NCBI RefSeq assembly: GCF_006345805.1 | Contig: NC_043003.1 | Span: 76,694,001 to 76,758,000 of the forward strand | Direction of reading: 5' to 3' | Origin: Octopus sinensis | Lineage: Eukaryota | DNA: 64,000 nt | Part shown: one piece after another, positions 13,111 through 25,798 of the stretch | Layout of the letters: each line of letters opens with the position of its first letter | How positions within the stretch are numbered: position 1 is the stretch's first letter | The notes under the pieces: generated by a model | Databases searched by the model: none | What the model was told of the DNA's origin: nothing | What the model saw: the letters and a program-made list of their open reading frames with translations, nothing else | Made by a program: the position numbers and the translations under genes

Positions 13111-13563
13111 TTTACCTTGTATATATCTACTGGCTTTATATAGTCTCCGACTATTTATTTTAGTGGCACGAAGAGCAACGTGAATAACAATTAGAGATGC
13201 ATAGTAAATCAGCAGAAATAGTTGTGTAGGAAGAGGCTAACAGAATGTATTTGAGAGGACTAGAAAGGTATGGTATTTAATTTTGTTTCATGTAGCAATT
13301 TTATTATTGTTTAGGGTTCAATAACGATCGAAAAAAACGTGTAAACAGATATGTTGTATTCAGGTCACGACATTATTTGTATATAGGGTTTGCTTTGTCT
13401 GGTATTTTAGGGTTCAGTGAGGAATGTTTCTAGATAATATTGTTAATCACACTGCGTAAGTCTGACTAAGGTTGAATTTTGTTTGGAGTTATAAGCTTTG
13501 TATTAAAAAATTGTCTACTGGGAATTTTGGGAATGTTTGGATTGAGATGAATATACTAGCAAC

Positions 13564-13897
13564 GTGAAGGCGCATAGCTCAGTGGTTAGAGCATCGAGCT
13601 TACGATTGTGAGATTGAGTTCGAATCCCGGACCGGGCTGCATGTTGTGTTCTTGAGCTAGGCACTTTATTTCACGTTGCTCCAGTTGACTCAGCTGTAGA
13701 AATGAGTTGCGACGTCACTGGTGCCAATCTGTATCTGCTGTTGCCTTTCCTTTGGATAACACTGGTGGTGTGGAGAGGGGAGGCTGGTATGCATGAGCGA
13801 CTGCTGGTCTTCCATAAACAACCTTGCTTGGACTTGTGCCTGGGAAGGTAACTTTCTAGGTGCAATCCCACGGTCAGTCATGACCGAATGGGGTCTC
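13564..13897 (+). mobile_element. SINE family C (tRNA-derived), near full length
   Basis: A box TAGCTCAGTGG and B box GTTCGAATCC. A second copy lies at 3101-3432. Confidence 0.9.
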
Positions 13898-14489
13898 AAT
13901 ATTACTAAATATATATTAGACTTTCTAATGTGTTTATTCCTTGATTATTATATTTTTTGATAGAAGAATGAACAAATGTATACATGTAACTGTATGTCGA
14001 CACCGTTAAATAGCTTCTGCATTTATATCTCCTTATAGTCGTATATACACATGGACATATGTATAATCTTTATGCATTCATCAGCATGTAACGGCCATGC
14101 TGTCACACACTAACTCAGTTTGCGAAACACTTGCATATTAGGGAAGTTAATGTTGTTATAGATACAACTGAAAGTTCACATCTATAATCATGATGTTAAA
14201 TTTGAAGAGAGCCATATTAAGATAGGAAGGATCGGACCAACACAACAGCATACACCCATGATTTCAACCTCCGTATTATTGAATGGCACGATATTCACAC
14301 ACAGCTCGAACAATATCAAGCAGAACACCATTTGAATTCTCTAATGCATTGTTCAAAGAACGAATTATATCCTGACCTACCAGATGCAAAATACACAATA
14401 AATCTCTGCATCATAAACATAGAATTCTCCATAATTTCGAGATGACGCGTACGATTTTCTTAGACCTTATCCGGATAAAACTAACAATA

Positions 14490-14859
14490 GGCACAGGAGT
14501 GGCTGTGTGGTAAGTAGCTTGCTTACCAACCACATGGTTCCGGGTTCAGTCCCACTGCCTGGCACTTAGGGCAAGTGTCTTCTAATATAGCCTAGGGCCG
14601 ACCAGAACCTTGTGAGTGGATTTGGTAGATGGAAACTGAAAGAAGCCCGTCGTATATATGTATATGTGTATATATATGTATATGTGTTTGTTTGTCAGTG
14701 TTTGTCCCCCAAACATCGCTTGACAACAGATGCTGGTGTGTTTACGTCCCGTAACATAGCGGTTCGGCAAAAGAATCTGATAGAATAAGTACTAGGCTTA
14801 CAAAGAATAAGTCCCGGGGTCGATTTGCTCGACTAAAGGCGGTGCTCCAGGATGGCCAC
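14490..14859 (+). mobile_element. SINE family A
   Basis: Colinear with 5681-6053, with intact A and B boxes. Confidence 0.9.
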
Positions 14860-15265
14860 GAAATACCTAGATATGCACACATTGCAAGAAGTGCTCGGGT
14901 TCTATTACACCTAAATATTCAGAGAGCTTTTTGGAAATCGAATCAAAATATATGCTCAGACAGGACTGGCCAGAAAGTTTCTCTCTATGCAAGACAATGG
15001 CGCATGAGAAATAGTATTTTCCCGACAAAGTAAGCCATAAGCATAGTCCGGAAGAAAAGGCTATGCTTCGAGACGAATGCTGGAATCATCCACCGCAGAA
15101 AACGGAGAAAACCATACTGTGTTTGTAGCGAACGTTTGATTTCAACGTTTGGATTACTGTCTGCTAATAACAGTAACCGTAGATGTAGAAGCAATGTCAC
15201 AATGTTTCATGATATCTATCTATTTCTCTGTAAATCTGTATCACTATTTCTGAATAACTGTCTAC

Positions 15266-15388
<123 letters not shown>

Positions 15389-15515
15389 GCTGTCGCTCAC
15401 TCACTCTCACTAACATGTGTGCGCATATGCGTGCGTGTATGAGTAATACGTTTGTATGTATGCATGTATGTATGTATCAAGCAGAAACATATATACAGAA
15501 TTGCACACATATATT

Positions 15516-15922
15516 GGCGCAAGCGTGATTGTGTGCTAAGACGTTTGCTTCCTAATCACATGGTTCCGGGTTCAGTTCGACTGCGTGAAATATTAGGCAA
15601 GTATCTTCTACTATAGCCTCGGACCGAAGAAAGCCTTATGTGTAGATTTGGCAGACAGAAACCAAAAGAAATCAGTCTTGTGTGTTTGTGCATATGCTTG
15701 TGTATGTATCTGTATGTGTGCGTGTGTGTGTGTATTTGCCTACTGCCAACGCTTGACAACTGATGATGGTGTTTATATACACGCTACTTAGCAAATTGGT
15801 GAAAGAGACCGTCATAATAAGTACAAGGCTTAAACAGGAATACCGGATTTGATTCGATTGACTTGGATTCCTCAAGACGGTGTCCCAGCATGACCGCCCT
15901 CTCAGCATTAAAAAAAGTAAAA
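15516..15922 (+). mobile_element. SINE family A, older copy
   Basis: cacatggttccgggttcagt, ggcaagtatcttctactatagcctcgg, gatttggcagacagaaac. Confidence 0.8.
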
Positions 15923-15969
15923 GATTGCGCGTTAAATATATTCCCACCTATTCATAATGACTGCATTTA

Positions 15970-16370
15970 TATTCTTTTCTATTCTAGGTACAATGCCCGA
16001 AATTTTTGAGGAGAGTGGGAGCATTCGATTAGATCGACTCCAGTACGGAACTGATTGCTAATTTATCGACCCCGAAAGGATGAAAAGCAGAAATCGACCT
16101 CGCCGGAATTTGAACTCAGAATGTAAAAACAGACAAAATACCGCTAAGCATTTCGCATGGCATGCAAAGGTTTTTATTTCTTCATTGCCCACAAGGGGCT
16201 AAACATAGAGGGGATAAACAAGGACAGATAAAGAGATTAAGTCGATTACATCGACCTCAGTGTGTAACTGGTACTTAATTTATAGACCCTGAAAGGATAA
16301 AAAGCAGAAGTCGACCTCGCCGGAATTTGAACTCAGAACGTAAAGACAGACAAAATACCACTAAGCTCGT
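15970..16370 (-). mobile_element. SINE family B dimer
   Basis: Two tandem copies of the gaaaggat..gtcgacctcgccggaatttgaactcagaa core. Confidence 0.85.
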
Positions 16371-16726
16371 CGTATGTTAACACTAACCTTCTTCTTTTAC
16401 ATCCATGTTTTCCAAACATTTACTACTAGCTTCCAGTTTCTGCATTTACTTTTCTGACCAGGTGTTTCTTCTTAGTGGTAATATATATTTCCATTAGAAT
16501 TCATCTATGAAGCGAAATATATTCAGAACATGATATATTTTATCATTGGTAACCGCAATATTAATGTGAATCCAATTATTTATGTGTTTTATAGAGATGA
16601 ACATATAATATAAATAAACACTGGCAGTTCGCTATATTCTATATCGTGTGTCAATGCTTAGTATACGTATGTACGTATGTGTGTGTGTATTTGAGTTTGC
16701 GTTTGTGTATGTATGTATATATATAC

Positions 16727-16793
<67 letters not shown>

Positions 16794-16798
<5 letters not shown>

Positions 16799-16872
16799 TA
16801 AAAAGTCGGTTTTAGAAGTATCTCGGTTTACGAATGCTTTTGATCATAAATAAATCATGCTTTATATATATA

Positions 16873-16916
<44 letters not shown>

Positions 16917-16984
16917 TATATATATACATATATAGCACGATTTATTAGAGATCAGAGCTGTTCGAAAACCGAGGTACTACTGTA
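16794..16984. mobile_element. Pogo/Tigger-like MITE with a (TA)n loop
   Basis: ta|cagta...tactg|ta ends. Arms ctcggtttacgaa..aataaatcatgc and gcacgatttatt..ttcgaaaaccgag are inverted copies. Confidence 0.7.
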
Positions 16985-16987
16985 TAT

Positions 16988-17052
<65 letters not shown>

Positions 17053-17076
17053 ATATATATATGTGGTGTGTGTGGT

Positions 17077-17180
17077 AAAGTTGACTTCAGTGGAGTTTGA
17101 ACTCAAAACGTGAAAGAGGATAAAATACCACTAAGCGTTTTGCCCGACGTGCTAACGATTCTGCCAGCTCGCCGCCTTAC
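17077..17180 (-). mobile_element. SINE family B, head fragment
   Basis: tttgaactcaaaacg..ctaagcg..gctaacgattctgccagctcgccgcctt. Confidence 0.75.
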
Positions 17181-17686
17181 TAGGTCCATATTACAAGAAA
17201 CAACAGAGGGAAAATGGAGAGTCGAACAGTGCAATGAAGGTATTGATAATGATAATACTAAGAATTATAAATTCTTGTGGAAGTGCAGCTAAAATGTGTC
17301 ATACTAGTGTAAAAATGGAATAGGGTAATTGTAATAATCGTAAAAGCAAAAGATGACAATGAGAAAATATTTAAATAAAAATCAAATTATAGAAAGGAGG
17401 CAATCTGCAACATGTATGTTTATGAGTATGTATATGTTGGAGTCATCCATGTTGTATTAAATGTGTGTGTGGATTTGTGTATGTGTTCGTACATGCAAAG
17501 CAAACATTTCATTCCATGAAGCACATATATCTATGTATTTATGTGAGTATGCATTCGTTCACTCTCAAACAGAGGCACACACAAATACTAACAAATATAC
17601 TTATAATATATATATATGTGTACATATGATATATTTATATGTAATACATATATGTATATATATAAGCTTATATATAATGTAATATA

Positions 17687-17810
<124 letters not shown>

Positions 17811-19599
17811 AAAGATAGATAGGATGATAGATAATGTTTATGTGTGTATGTGTGTGTATTTGCTTGCAATATAATCGTATATATTAGAATGTGTGTGCGC
17901 ACGCTCGTGCATCCTAGGTGAAAATTGGAAATGTGAAAGAAAATTAATGTTATATTTGGAAATGTTAACCCTGGAAGCTAAAAAGTTTAGCAAATTAAAC
18001 GCCACGATTTAATATCGTAGAAATTTAATATATTCAATCCGGACATCTTGGCTTTGTTTGTTATATAGATTGATACAATACTATGTGGTGTACAAATATT
18101 ATTTATGCTCTTACGCAGCGTACGTTTAGATAAAAAAAAATTATGTCTCTGTAGGCGAAGGTGTATTTCTTCGGTTTGTATATACACAAAGGTGTGCTTT
18201 TCCTCGATGTCTGTTTTATTCTCTGTCCCTTTCTCGATATTTCTTATGTGTGTGTATGTGAATCTCTCTGGGTATACGTGTTGGTTGAATTCTTTTGGTA
18301 GGTTCAACGAACTTTCGATTACATCCATTCCATTCTTCATCTTTCTTTTCAGAAAATCTGAATTAATAACGATATTAGGTACTAGAATATAGCACCTAGA
18401 AATGATTGGAATCTGCTGGTTCTGGCTGATTTACCTGCAGTTCCTTCTATTTCGTCATCACATAGATAAACCCTTTTAGACTGACGAACGCATTTCATCC
18501 ACTGTCAAGTTAAAAGAGAGATATATATTCTGCCAACTTGTCCGATCTTATGACGTGATTAGCATGCCTCCACTTTACCAACATACCTCCACTCTCAAAT
18601 CTGGGAGAGCTAGTATTTGTTTCTGTAGACGTTGCAATAATTTCCCACGTATATAACTATGGTTTTAGTACAGCACGTGATGTTTTAAATGTTTATGTGG
18701 TTCATATTTTTCTACTTTCTTTTCCAATGTCACTATATCGAGGGATATTGATCACATGTTAGGGGTTTCTTTAAGTTATTGTATGAACGGGTAAGATTAT
18801 AAAATTTTGCCATTATAAATGTTGGTTGGTTGAGATCTTCAGTCGGGGTTTATATCATACAGAGCGAGAAAGGGACGAGAGGGTGAAAAAAGATAGAAAG
18901 TGAGTTAACCGAAGAGATGCACGATGCATGCACATACTAAGCATACTGGCAGAAAAATGGAAAAAGAATGCTACACGAAAATGGTGAGAGAGAAAAAAAT
19001 CATAAAGAAAGACGAGTGGGACGAAAGAGAGTAAATGAGAAGTTATACAAAATTTGTTTTAATCAATTATAAGGTACTTATTATCTTTACATTGAAAGAT
19101 ATAAACAAAGATTAATGCACACATACATATACATATATTTATACATACATATATATATATGTGTGTGTGACATTGTGTGTATGAATGTATGTGTATATAT
19201 ATATACGTATTAATATATATATATATATACGTATATATTAATATATACACTCTATCTGCATAACCCCAAATTCAGCAAGGGGAAAATATACCAGGGACAG
19301 GCAGTAGGAATGGGATTATGCTGACAACACACCAAGCACAAGAGTATTTAATTAAATTACTACCTCCTCAGCTTGTATGATATACAATCTGAGTAGGGAC
19401 TGCTGATCGGAGATGAAATTTCACTAATATTTTAAAAGATGCTTGGCATCCCCCTCCACAGAGCTCTTCATAATTCTTATGACTGACAGAGGCTATCTGC
19501 ATAAATACATGTATGTGTGCGCATGTATGTGTACATGAATGCAAATATATCAGAATGTTTCGTTGTAAATCTGAGAACAGTGCACCATGAAGTTAATTA

Positions 19600-20209
19600 C
19601 CGAGAATGATAAGAATCAAAGATCCAGTCAACATCATGGTATTGCGAGTGTTCATTAGTGATGGGGACGTTATGCCCCCATTCATCTTTCCACACGGCCT
19701 CAAACGCAACACGGTGTCTTACACCAAGTGTCTGGTGGAGGTAGCGCTGCCCTAGGTCAAGATGGTGGTTGCTGGAAGAATCTCCCTCTGATAACAGGAT
19801 GCTGCAGCATGCCACGCAAGCAGGACCCAGTCATGGCGGTCAGGCAATTTCTTCGACCACATCACCCCTAACATCTGGCCACCTAGCTATCTAGTCTGCA
19901 ACTCTCTTGATTATGTGTGGTGTGCAGCTGATCGAGAGACCAATAAGACACCAAAGATGAACTGAAAGCAAGGATTATGGCGGCATTCACTGACTTAAAC
20001 AAGGAGACCGTCCAGGAGAGTTGCAGGAGATTCCGAAATCCTCTGGTGACCGTGATTGAAGACAATGGCGATTTTATTGAATAAATTAACTTTTTAGTAT
20101 TGCAAGATATTTTAATGTAATTTTGGTAAATATATCTGTTAAAATGAGACGTTACTGTTATTTTCATTTTTGCGTAATTTAGACGACAGTTTATTCACTG
20201 CACCTTGTA
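19600..20209 (+). pseudogene. maT/DD37D-like (Tc1/mariner superfamily) transposase C-terminal remnant with right end
   Basis: My translation gives KDPVNIMVL.VFISDGDVMPPFIFPHGL, QDAAACHAS.TQSW and NIWPPS...NSLDY.W with in-frame stops. The element ends at gcaccttg|ta. Confidence 0.8.
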
Positions 20210-20232
20210 TACACAAACACACACACACACAT

Positions 20233-20306
<74 letters not shown>

Positions 20307-20583
20307 ATATACGTATACATATTTCAGACAAATCTAAAAACAATGGAAGGCAGGTGTTATGCTCTTAAAAAACAAAATAAACCTGTAAAGTTTTTGATTA
20401 ATTTTTTTATCATATAATTTATTTTGTTTGCTATACATTAGCAAAATATTCTCGTTTTAATGATAGTATGTACACACGCTCAACATACACACAACACATC
20501 TGCAATATGCACAGCATACACACACACACACAGGCACAGGAATATTCTTCTTGTTTTTCTTTCCACCTTCTCATTATTATTAT

Positions 20584-21133
20584 TGAGTGAGAGAGCAGTT
20601 CATGCCATATTAATATATACGCATATATATATATATATACGTGACACTGGGGTAAAATATACGAAGCCCAATATACCCATCATGACTACCCGTCTGATAA
20701 GGGTACACCAGGCACATGCATCACAACCATATGTGCGCGCCATGGTGATCGCATATCAAGATAAACAGCACATGGCCTTGCAGGTGGGGGCCCAGTTAAA
20801 ATTTTCTTCAGGTTGAGTAGCCCATCCCGCTCAAAAGGTCCCTGAATAAGAGTTGTTTGAGGATGTTGAAAGAACCACCCATGTTTCCAGAGGTGAATTA
20901 TTCAAACCCAAACAATCCCTCTCAACACATGGCTATGATGCTCCCCCACTAATTCTGCTCGTGATCAGATATGTACATATCGTTAGCCACTAAGGGACAT
21001 GCTCAACTGGTTAAGGTCAAACAACTGACAAGCAAATCTGTGGTATTGAGCAGAATGTTTGCTGTAGCCCATCTTTTATACCAAGACAAAACAATGTACA
21101 TGATAACACTTCCAATCAGTTAAGATCAGAAGC

Positions 21134-21134
<1 letters not shown>
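20584..21134 (-). mobile_element. Element E, longer copy (~550 bp) in (TAA)n
   Basis: Near-identical to 3862-4195 over the shared part, flanked by TTA repeats on both sides, with a small TA-rich insertion at about 20609-20640. Confidence 0.8.
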
Positions 21135-21214
<80 letters not shown>

Positions 21215-21299
21215 CACCAATATTATATACTGTTAAACTGCATGTTTGTTACAATAACTCGCCGAAACACATCAGCGTCCTTGGGCGAGTAAAGGATAA

Positions 21300-22130
21300 T
21301 AGACGTTACAGTATGCCTGAAAGCTTAGGGAAGGGGCGTGACAGGAGCAGTAGAGAAATGTCTTCATGTAATACATAACATACATTTAAATTCATGGGGT
21401 TTTCTAAGGATGTGGTCAGTACTCGTCAGCACAATGTTTTAGATTTCTCTGAGACATGGTTCTCCTGGGATATTATCTAGATATGTCTTCCATCTCTTTC
21501 TTATCATACCTAGGACACCCACAATAACAGGAACAGTTCTAGATTTAAGATACCACATCTTTTGTATTTTAATTCCCAGCTCCTTATATTTACGTAATTT
21601 GTGAAATTCTTTTGCAGATATATATTTATCAGCGGGAACACATATATTTATTAGTTTACAAGTGTTTTTGTCTCTGTCTTTAATAACTTCCGAGACGAGA
21701 TGGTTTATTATTTCATCAAATTTATCGTAGAATCTGGTCAAAATCGTTTTGAAGAACGGCAGCCTGGTAGTTTTTGGTAAGCAATATTTTGATCTTGTGC
21801 CGCCAGTATGAAACCTCTAGTCTCTACTTTCAGTCTTGAGTTTCTCACCGAATGATGAGTTATTGCTTGGTCTACATCAGCATTTCAGCTTCGAAGTATA
21901 TACTGTCCATGTAGAGGCTTCTGGCTCCACCGCTACTAATTTGTTCCTCTCTCTTCTATTTTGCAGTCTGTTTGATATTTTTCTAGCTGTGGTTTCTGGT
22001 TCTTCATTTAATTCAGCGTTAATACTAAGTTCCATTCCGAATTTGCAAGCTTACTTGATAATAGAATGTGATTTTTTGCTGCTTTCATGTTTGCACACAA
22101 GCTGCAGAAAACAGTCATTTGTACTAGATA
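21300..22130 (-). pseudogene. R4/Dong-like non-LTR retrotransposon 3' fragment (restriction-like endonuclease region)
   Basis: LKVETRGFILAAQDQ at about 21790-21835; CKLINICVPAD..KEFHKLRKYKELGIKIQKMW..TVPVIVGVLGMI; TDHILRK. Contains stops and deletions. Confidence 0.8.
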
Positions 22131-22169
22131 AGCACCTGATCTGTTTGCATTGGGAAATCCCAGACGATT

Positions 22170-22780
22170 TTATCGCCACTTGTAGTGGTTTGGGGCAAGT
22201 CTATGGTATTCGTTCGTGATATGAGCACTGGGTTCATCCATGCTGTTGCTGATGCAGTACAGCGGTGATACTTGCTCATCCCTTATGTTGACCCTCCAGT
22301 TCGTGGCTAGAGCTTGGTCCTGCGCTGCCAGTACATTGCTCTCGATCTCTTTTTTAGGGTTCCTTTCATCAGCCAATCCCACTTATTTTTTTCAGCAAAT
22401 TCTATTGTGGCTACACGGAATTGATTGTGTTGTCCCTTCTTTATGTCCTTTTTGAACTTCTTTCTTTGTTTTCCTATTTTTCTCCGCTCTCAATACTCCC
22501 TCGTTCCAGTCAGTAGCAAGGTTTCCTTACTTTGGGCTGGGTGTCTCATTAAACTCTCGAGTTCGATACGCACGCAGTCTTCCACACTTATCAGTCCCCT
22601 TCCTGCATTTTCTCTTTTTATGTATAGGCGATCAGTGTCTGCACTGCACGCGGATGATGGGCTCCATGTACCGTTAGGAGTTTTCTTGACTTCTTGTCTA
22701 TCTCCTTTAGCTCCTCCTCTGTCCACTTCAGGATTTCAGAACCATACCAAACCACTGCCACTGCGCGCAAATAATAACGT
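22170..22780 (-). pseudogene. Second R4/Dong-like fragment (post-RT region and zinc knuckle)
   Basis: ADTDRLYIKRENAGRGLISVEDCV; KKEIESNVLAAQDQALATN; degenerate CxxC..H..C region. Confidence 0.8.
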
Positions 22781-22849
22781 TATTGTTGTTTTGTTCTATA
22801 CGAGCTTTTCCCTAATTTCTATGGGGGTTATTTATGATTAGCAATGATA

Positions 22850-23750
22850 AATTGTACAGGACCAGAATCTAAGAACTAGGATTTTGTTAAATTTATAATA
22901 CTTTGATTTTGAAAGAATATTAAGAGAACTAAGTATTATCAAGTCGACAGTGCTTTTCTAATGATGTGGGCAGCACCCATGAGAAAAATGTTTTTTTTGG
23001 ATGTATTACTTGGTGATTTCTCGGTATTTTACAATAGATTTTAAGAGTGCCTTTTGATATCATCGCCAAAGTTCCCATGATCACAGATAGAGTTGTCGTT
23101 TCTAGATATCACATTTTTGAATCTGCTAATTCAAGGTTCTTCTAATTACTTAAGTTTTTTAATGTTCTCACAGAAGTGTTGCGGTCTGCTGGGATTAACA
23201 TACTTATGAGCAGATATATTTTGCCAATGTGAGGATTTTTTACCACAATATCTGGTTTATTCACCTGAATACCTCAATTTGCATAGCCAATCCCCACAGA
23301 ACGCTGATGTCTTTATTTTCTACAAATTTGAGAGGTTTATGTTCCCACTAATATAAGAGTGACGATTAGCGGCATATGATCCAGTACAAATACTGATTAT
23401 GCTTATCATGGTGTTTAATATAGTCATTTGCAGTCAATATACACATCCAGATATGAGGTATATTAGGACTGGTATTAAGAATATACACATTGGAATATAT
23501 TCATCATATATGAGTGCCTTTTGCTATGATTCATTAGTTGACAAACAACTGTAAACAGTATACTTCTGATGAATGATGGGACTTTGTGCCTGAAATATAT
23601 ACAGGTTACTGAACCTTATTTATCTAATTGTTAGAAGCTCTCCTATGGCTTCTAAAAATATTTTGGCCTTTTACATATAAAGTAAATTTTTAATTTGAAG
23701 CAGCTCTATTAATATGAACATTACCGATGTCACATACTTAATGTATTTGT
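22850..23750 (-). pseudogene. Third, older R4/Dong-like 3' fragment
   Basis: Minus strand FLMGAAHIIRKALST* at about 22940-22990, preceded by remnants of the PDIVV and WD motifs. Heavily decayed. Confidence 0.6.
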
Positions 23751-24102
23751 ATTGTGTACGTGCATATTGGCCGCGGAATTTTATCCAGAGGAAAGTCCAT
23801 TTAAGACGTCTAGTGCTGAAAGAGAGTAAATATCTCAAAACCAGACGAAACGCGCCATCCTCTAAGTGAACGAAAACGGTGGATAGCGATATTTCGCTGT
23901 TATTTCATATCATCGATACCTTGTAGTCGACTCACTTCGTAACCAATTTGAATCACTTGTCTGAGATATATAAGCAGAGACTGTAAAATTTATCTCTTGA
24001 TGTGCAACATCACCTTACAAGTAAAAACAAATTAGATACTGAATTAAAAGCGGTTCCGTACTGTATGATTTCGTTAATGTTAACGTTATTAGAGCTGCTT
24101 CT

Positions 24103-24322
24103 AGGGCGACGAGTTGGCAGAATCTTTTGCACGCAGGGCAAAATGCTTAATGAAATTTCGTCCGTCTTAATGTTTGGAGTTCCAATTCCACCGAGATCGA
24201 CTTTGTCTTTCATCCTTTCGGGGTTCGTAAATTAAGTACCAGTGAAACACTGGGGTCGATGTAATCGACTAGTTCCCTCCCCCAAAATTTAAAAACTCGT
24301 GCCTTTAGTAGAAACGATTATT
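24103..24322 (+). mobile_element. SINE family B monomer
   Basis: gggcgacgagttggcagaa head, ctttcatcctttcgggg core, cactggggtcgatgtaatcgact. Confidence 0.85.
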
Positions 24323-25304
24323 AGAGCCACTTCTAAATCAAAATTTAGATTTGAGTTGTAGGGGTGGCATTAACTTCTTCGAGGTGTCTAGGGAAGATTT
24401 TCTTGAGAATCTCATCGTGATAAGGCTTTTATACTTCAAGAAGTCTCCTTTTTAGCCGATCTACATTACAAGCTCGAAGTATTGTTGTCATCCTAATATT
24501 AGTGCTACTTATTTATTATTCTCAAATAAACATATATAAATATCCTGCTAGCATTGTTTAATGAATATATATTTTCTTTAAATACTTGCGGAGCATTTAT
24601 ATTTCACTCATTCATACATTGAATAGTATTAGATGTAAGGAGGGACAAATATAGTTAATCGATCGTTATGCTATTAGCAATTAATAATCATATAGGGCAC
24701 AATCAAATATGTTTCAAGTTAGGAGAGAAGTATAGGTATATATGACTGTGTTTATGAATAAAACAAATGTATCAATGAAGAGAAAATTTGAGATGGCTGA
24801 AAGATTTGAGAATCGATATAGAGTTAATAATACACAAGCATTAAGCCATTAATAATTATTAATATGTGCATCAATAAATATACTTCTTTATATATGTTTT
24901 GTAAATGTATACGCATATTTGAGAAGTGGAGATCATAGATTTACCTATATAATTGGAGATTGCAATACAGTTAATAATGGATTACCAGTTAATACACATA
25001 CTGATAGCTATAATGAAAACGTTTGAGGTTGATGGTGGAACCGAAATATATCTATGTATCTGTGTGTATGTATATATTATATTTTGTGAAGACAGACTGG
25101 GATTTAACAACATATATTGGCCTAGATGCTATGTACAGTTAAATCCCATATTGTCTTCACATATTTCTATCTTATATGCTAAACCAAGTGTTTAAGTAAC
25201 ATCTCCGATGCTTCCTAATGCCTGCTTGCTAATACATCCATGCAAAACAACATTCATAAACACATACATCCATACATACAGACTCGCAGAAGAGCCAATA
25301 AATA

Positions 25305-25512
25305 TTGCTTTCAAATTTTAGCACAGGCTCAGCAAGGCCAGGCTCTGGGCAAGTCAATTACATCGTCCCCGGTGAACAACTGGTACTTATTTTATCGACT
25401 CCGAAACGATGAAAGGCAAAGTCGGCCACCTATTTTGAACACAGAATGCAAAGATGGATGATGTGCCGCTCAACATTTTTTTCCCGGCGCAATAAAAAGT
25501 CTGCCAGCTCGT
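25305..25512 (-). mobile_element. SINE family B monomer, degenerate
   Basis: ctggtacttattttatcgac, gatgaaaggcaaagtcg, ctgccagctcgtcg. Confidence 0.75.
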
Positions 25513-25798
25513 CGACAATAAACATTTGCGCTCTCTTAGATAAAATTATCCTCCTGTTTGAATATATAGTGGTACAACGAAAATGCGTAAAACATCCCAG
25601 ACATTTCCATTTGAGATTCCTGGATTGAGCACATTCATATAATCACGTACACATATTATAATCTCGACGACAAACATGCAAACACAAGCACACACACGCA
25701 TACACAAATAAGTTCTCATGAAACTCACACTAGTACGAAAGTACACTGCAAACCACGACTTCAGAGCAAGTTTATCAAAATGCACTTGTAATATTACA

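Noticed and set aside
14060-15200. Complex sequence flanking the SINE at 14490, possibly an old LINE
   Set aside because: No diagnostic motif could be read in any frame.
18400-18850. Possible RTE-like remnant on the minus strand
   Set aside because: Only a vague HV.R-like motif; insufficient support.
23812-23860. Hammerhead-like CUGAAAGA-GAG-loop-CUC-AAAAC
   Set aside because: The core spacing is wrong, G12 is missing, and there is no UH triplet or stem I; too degenerate to call.
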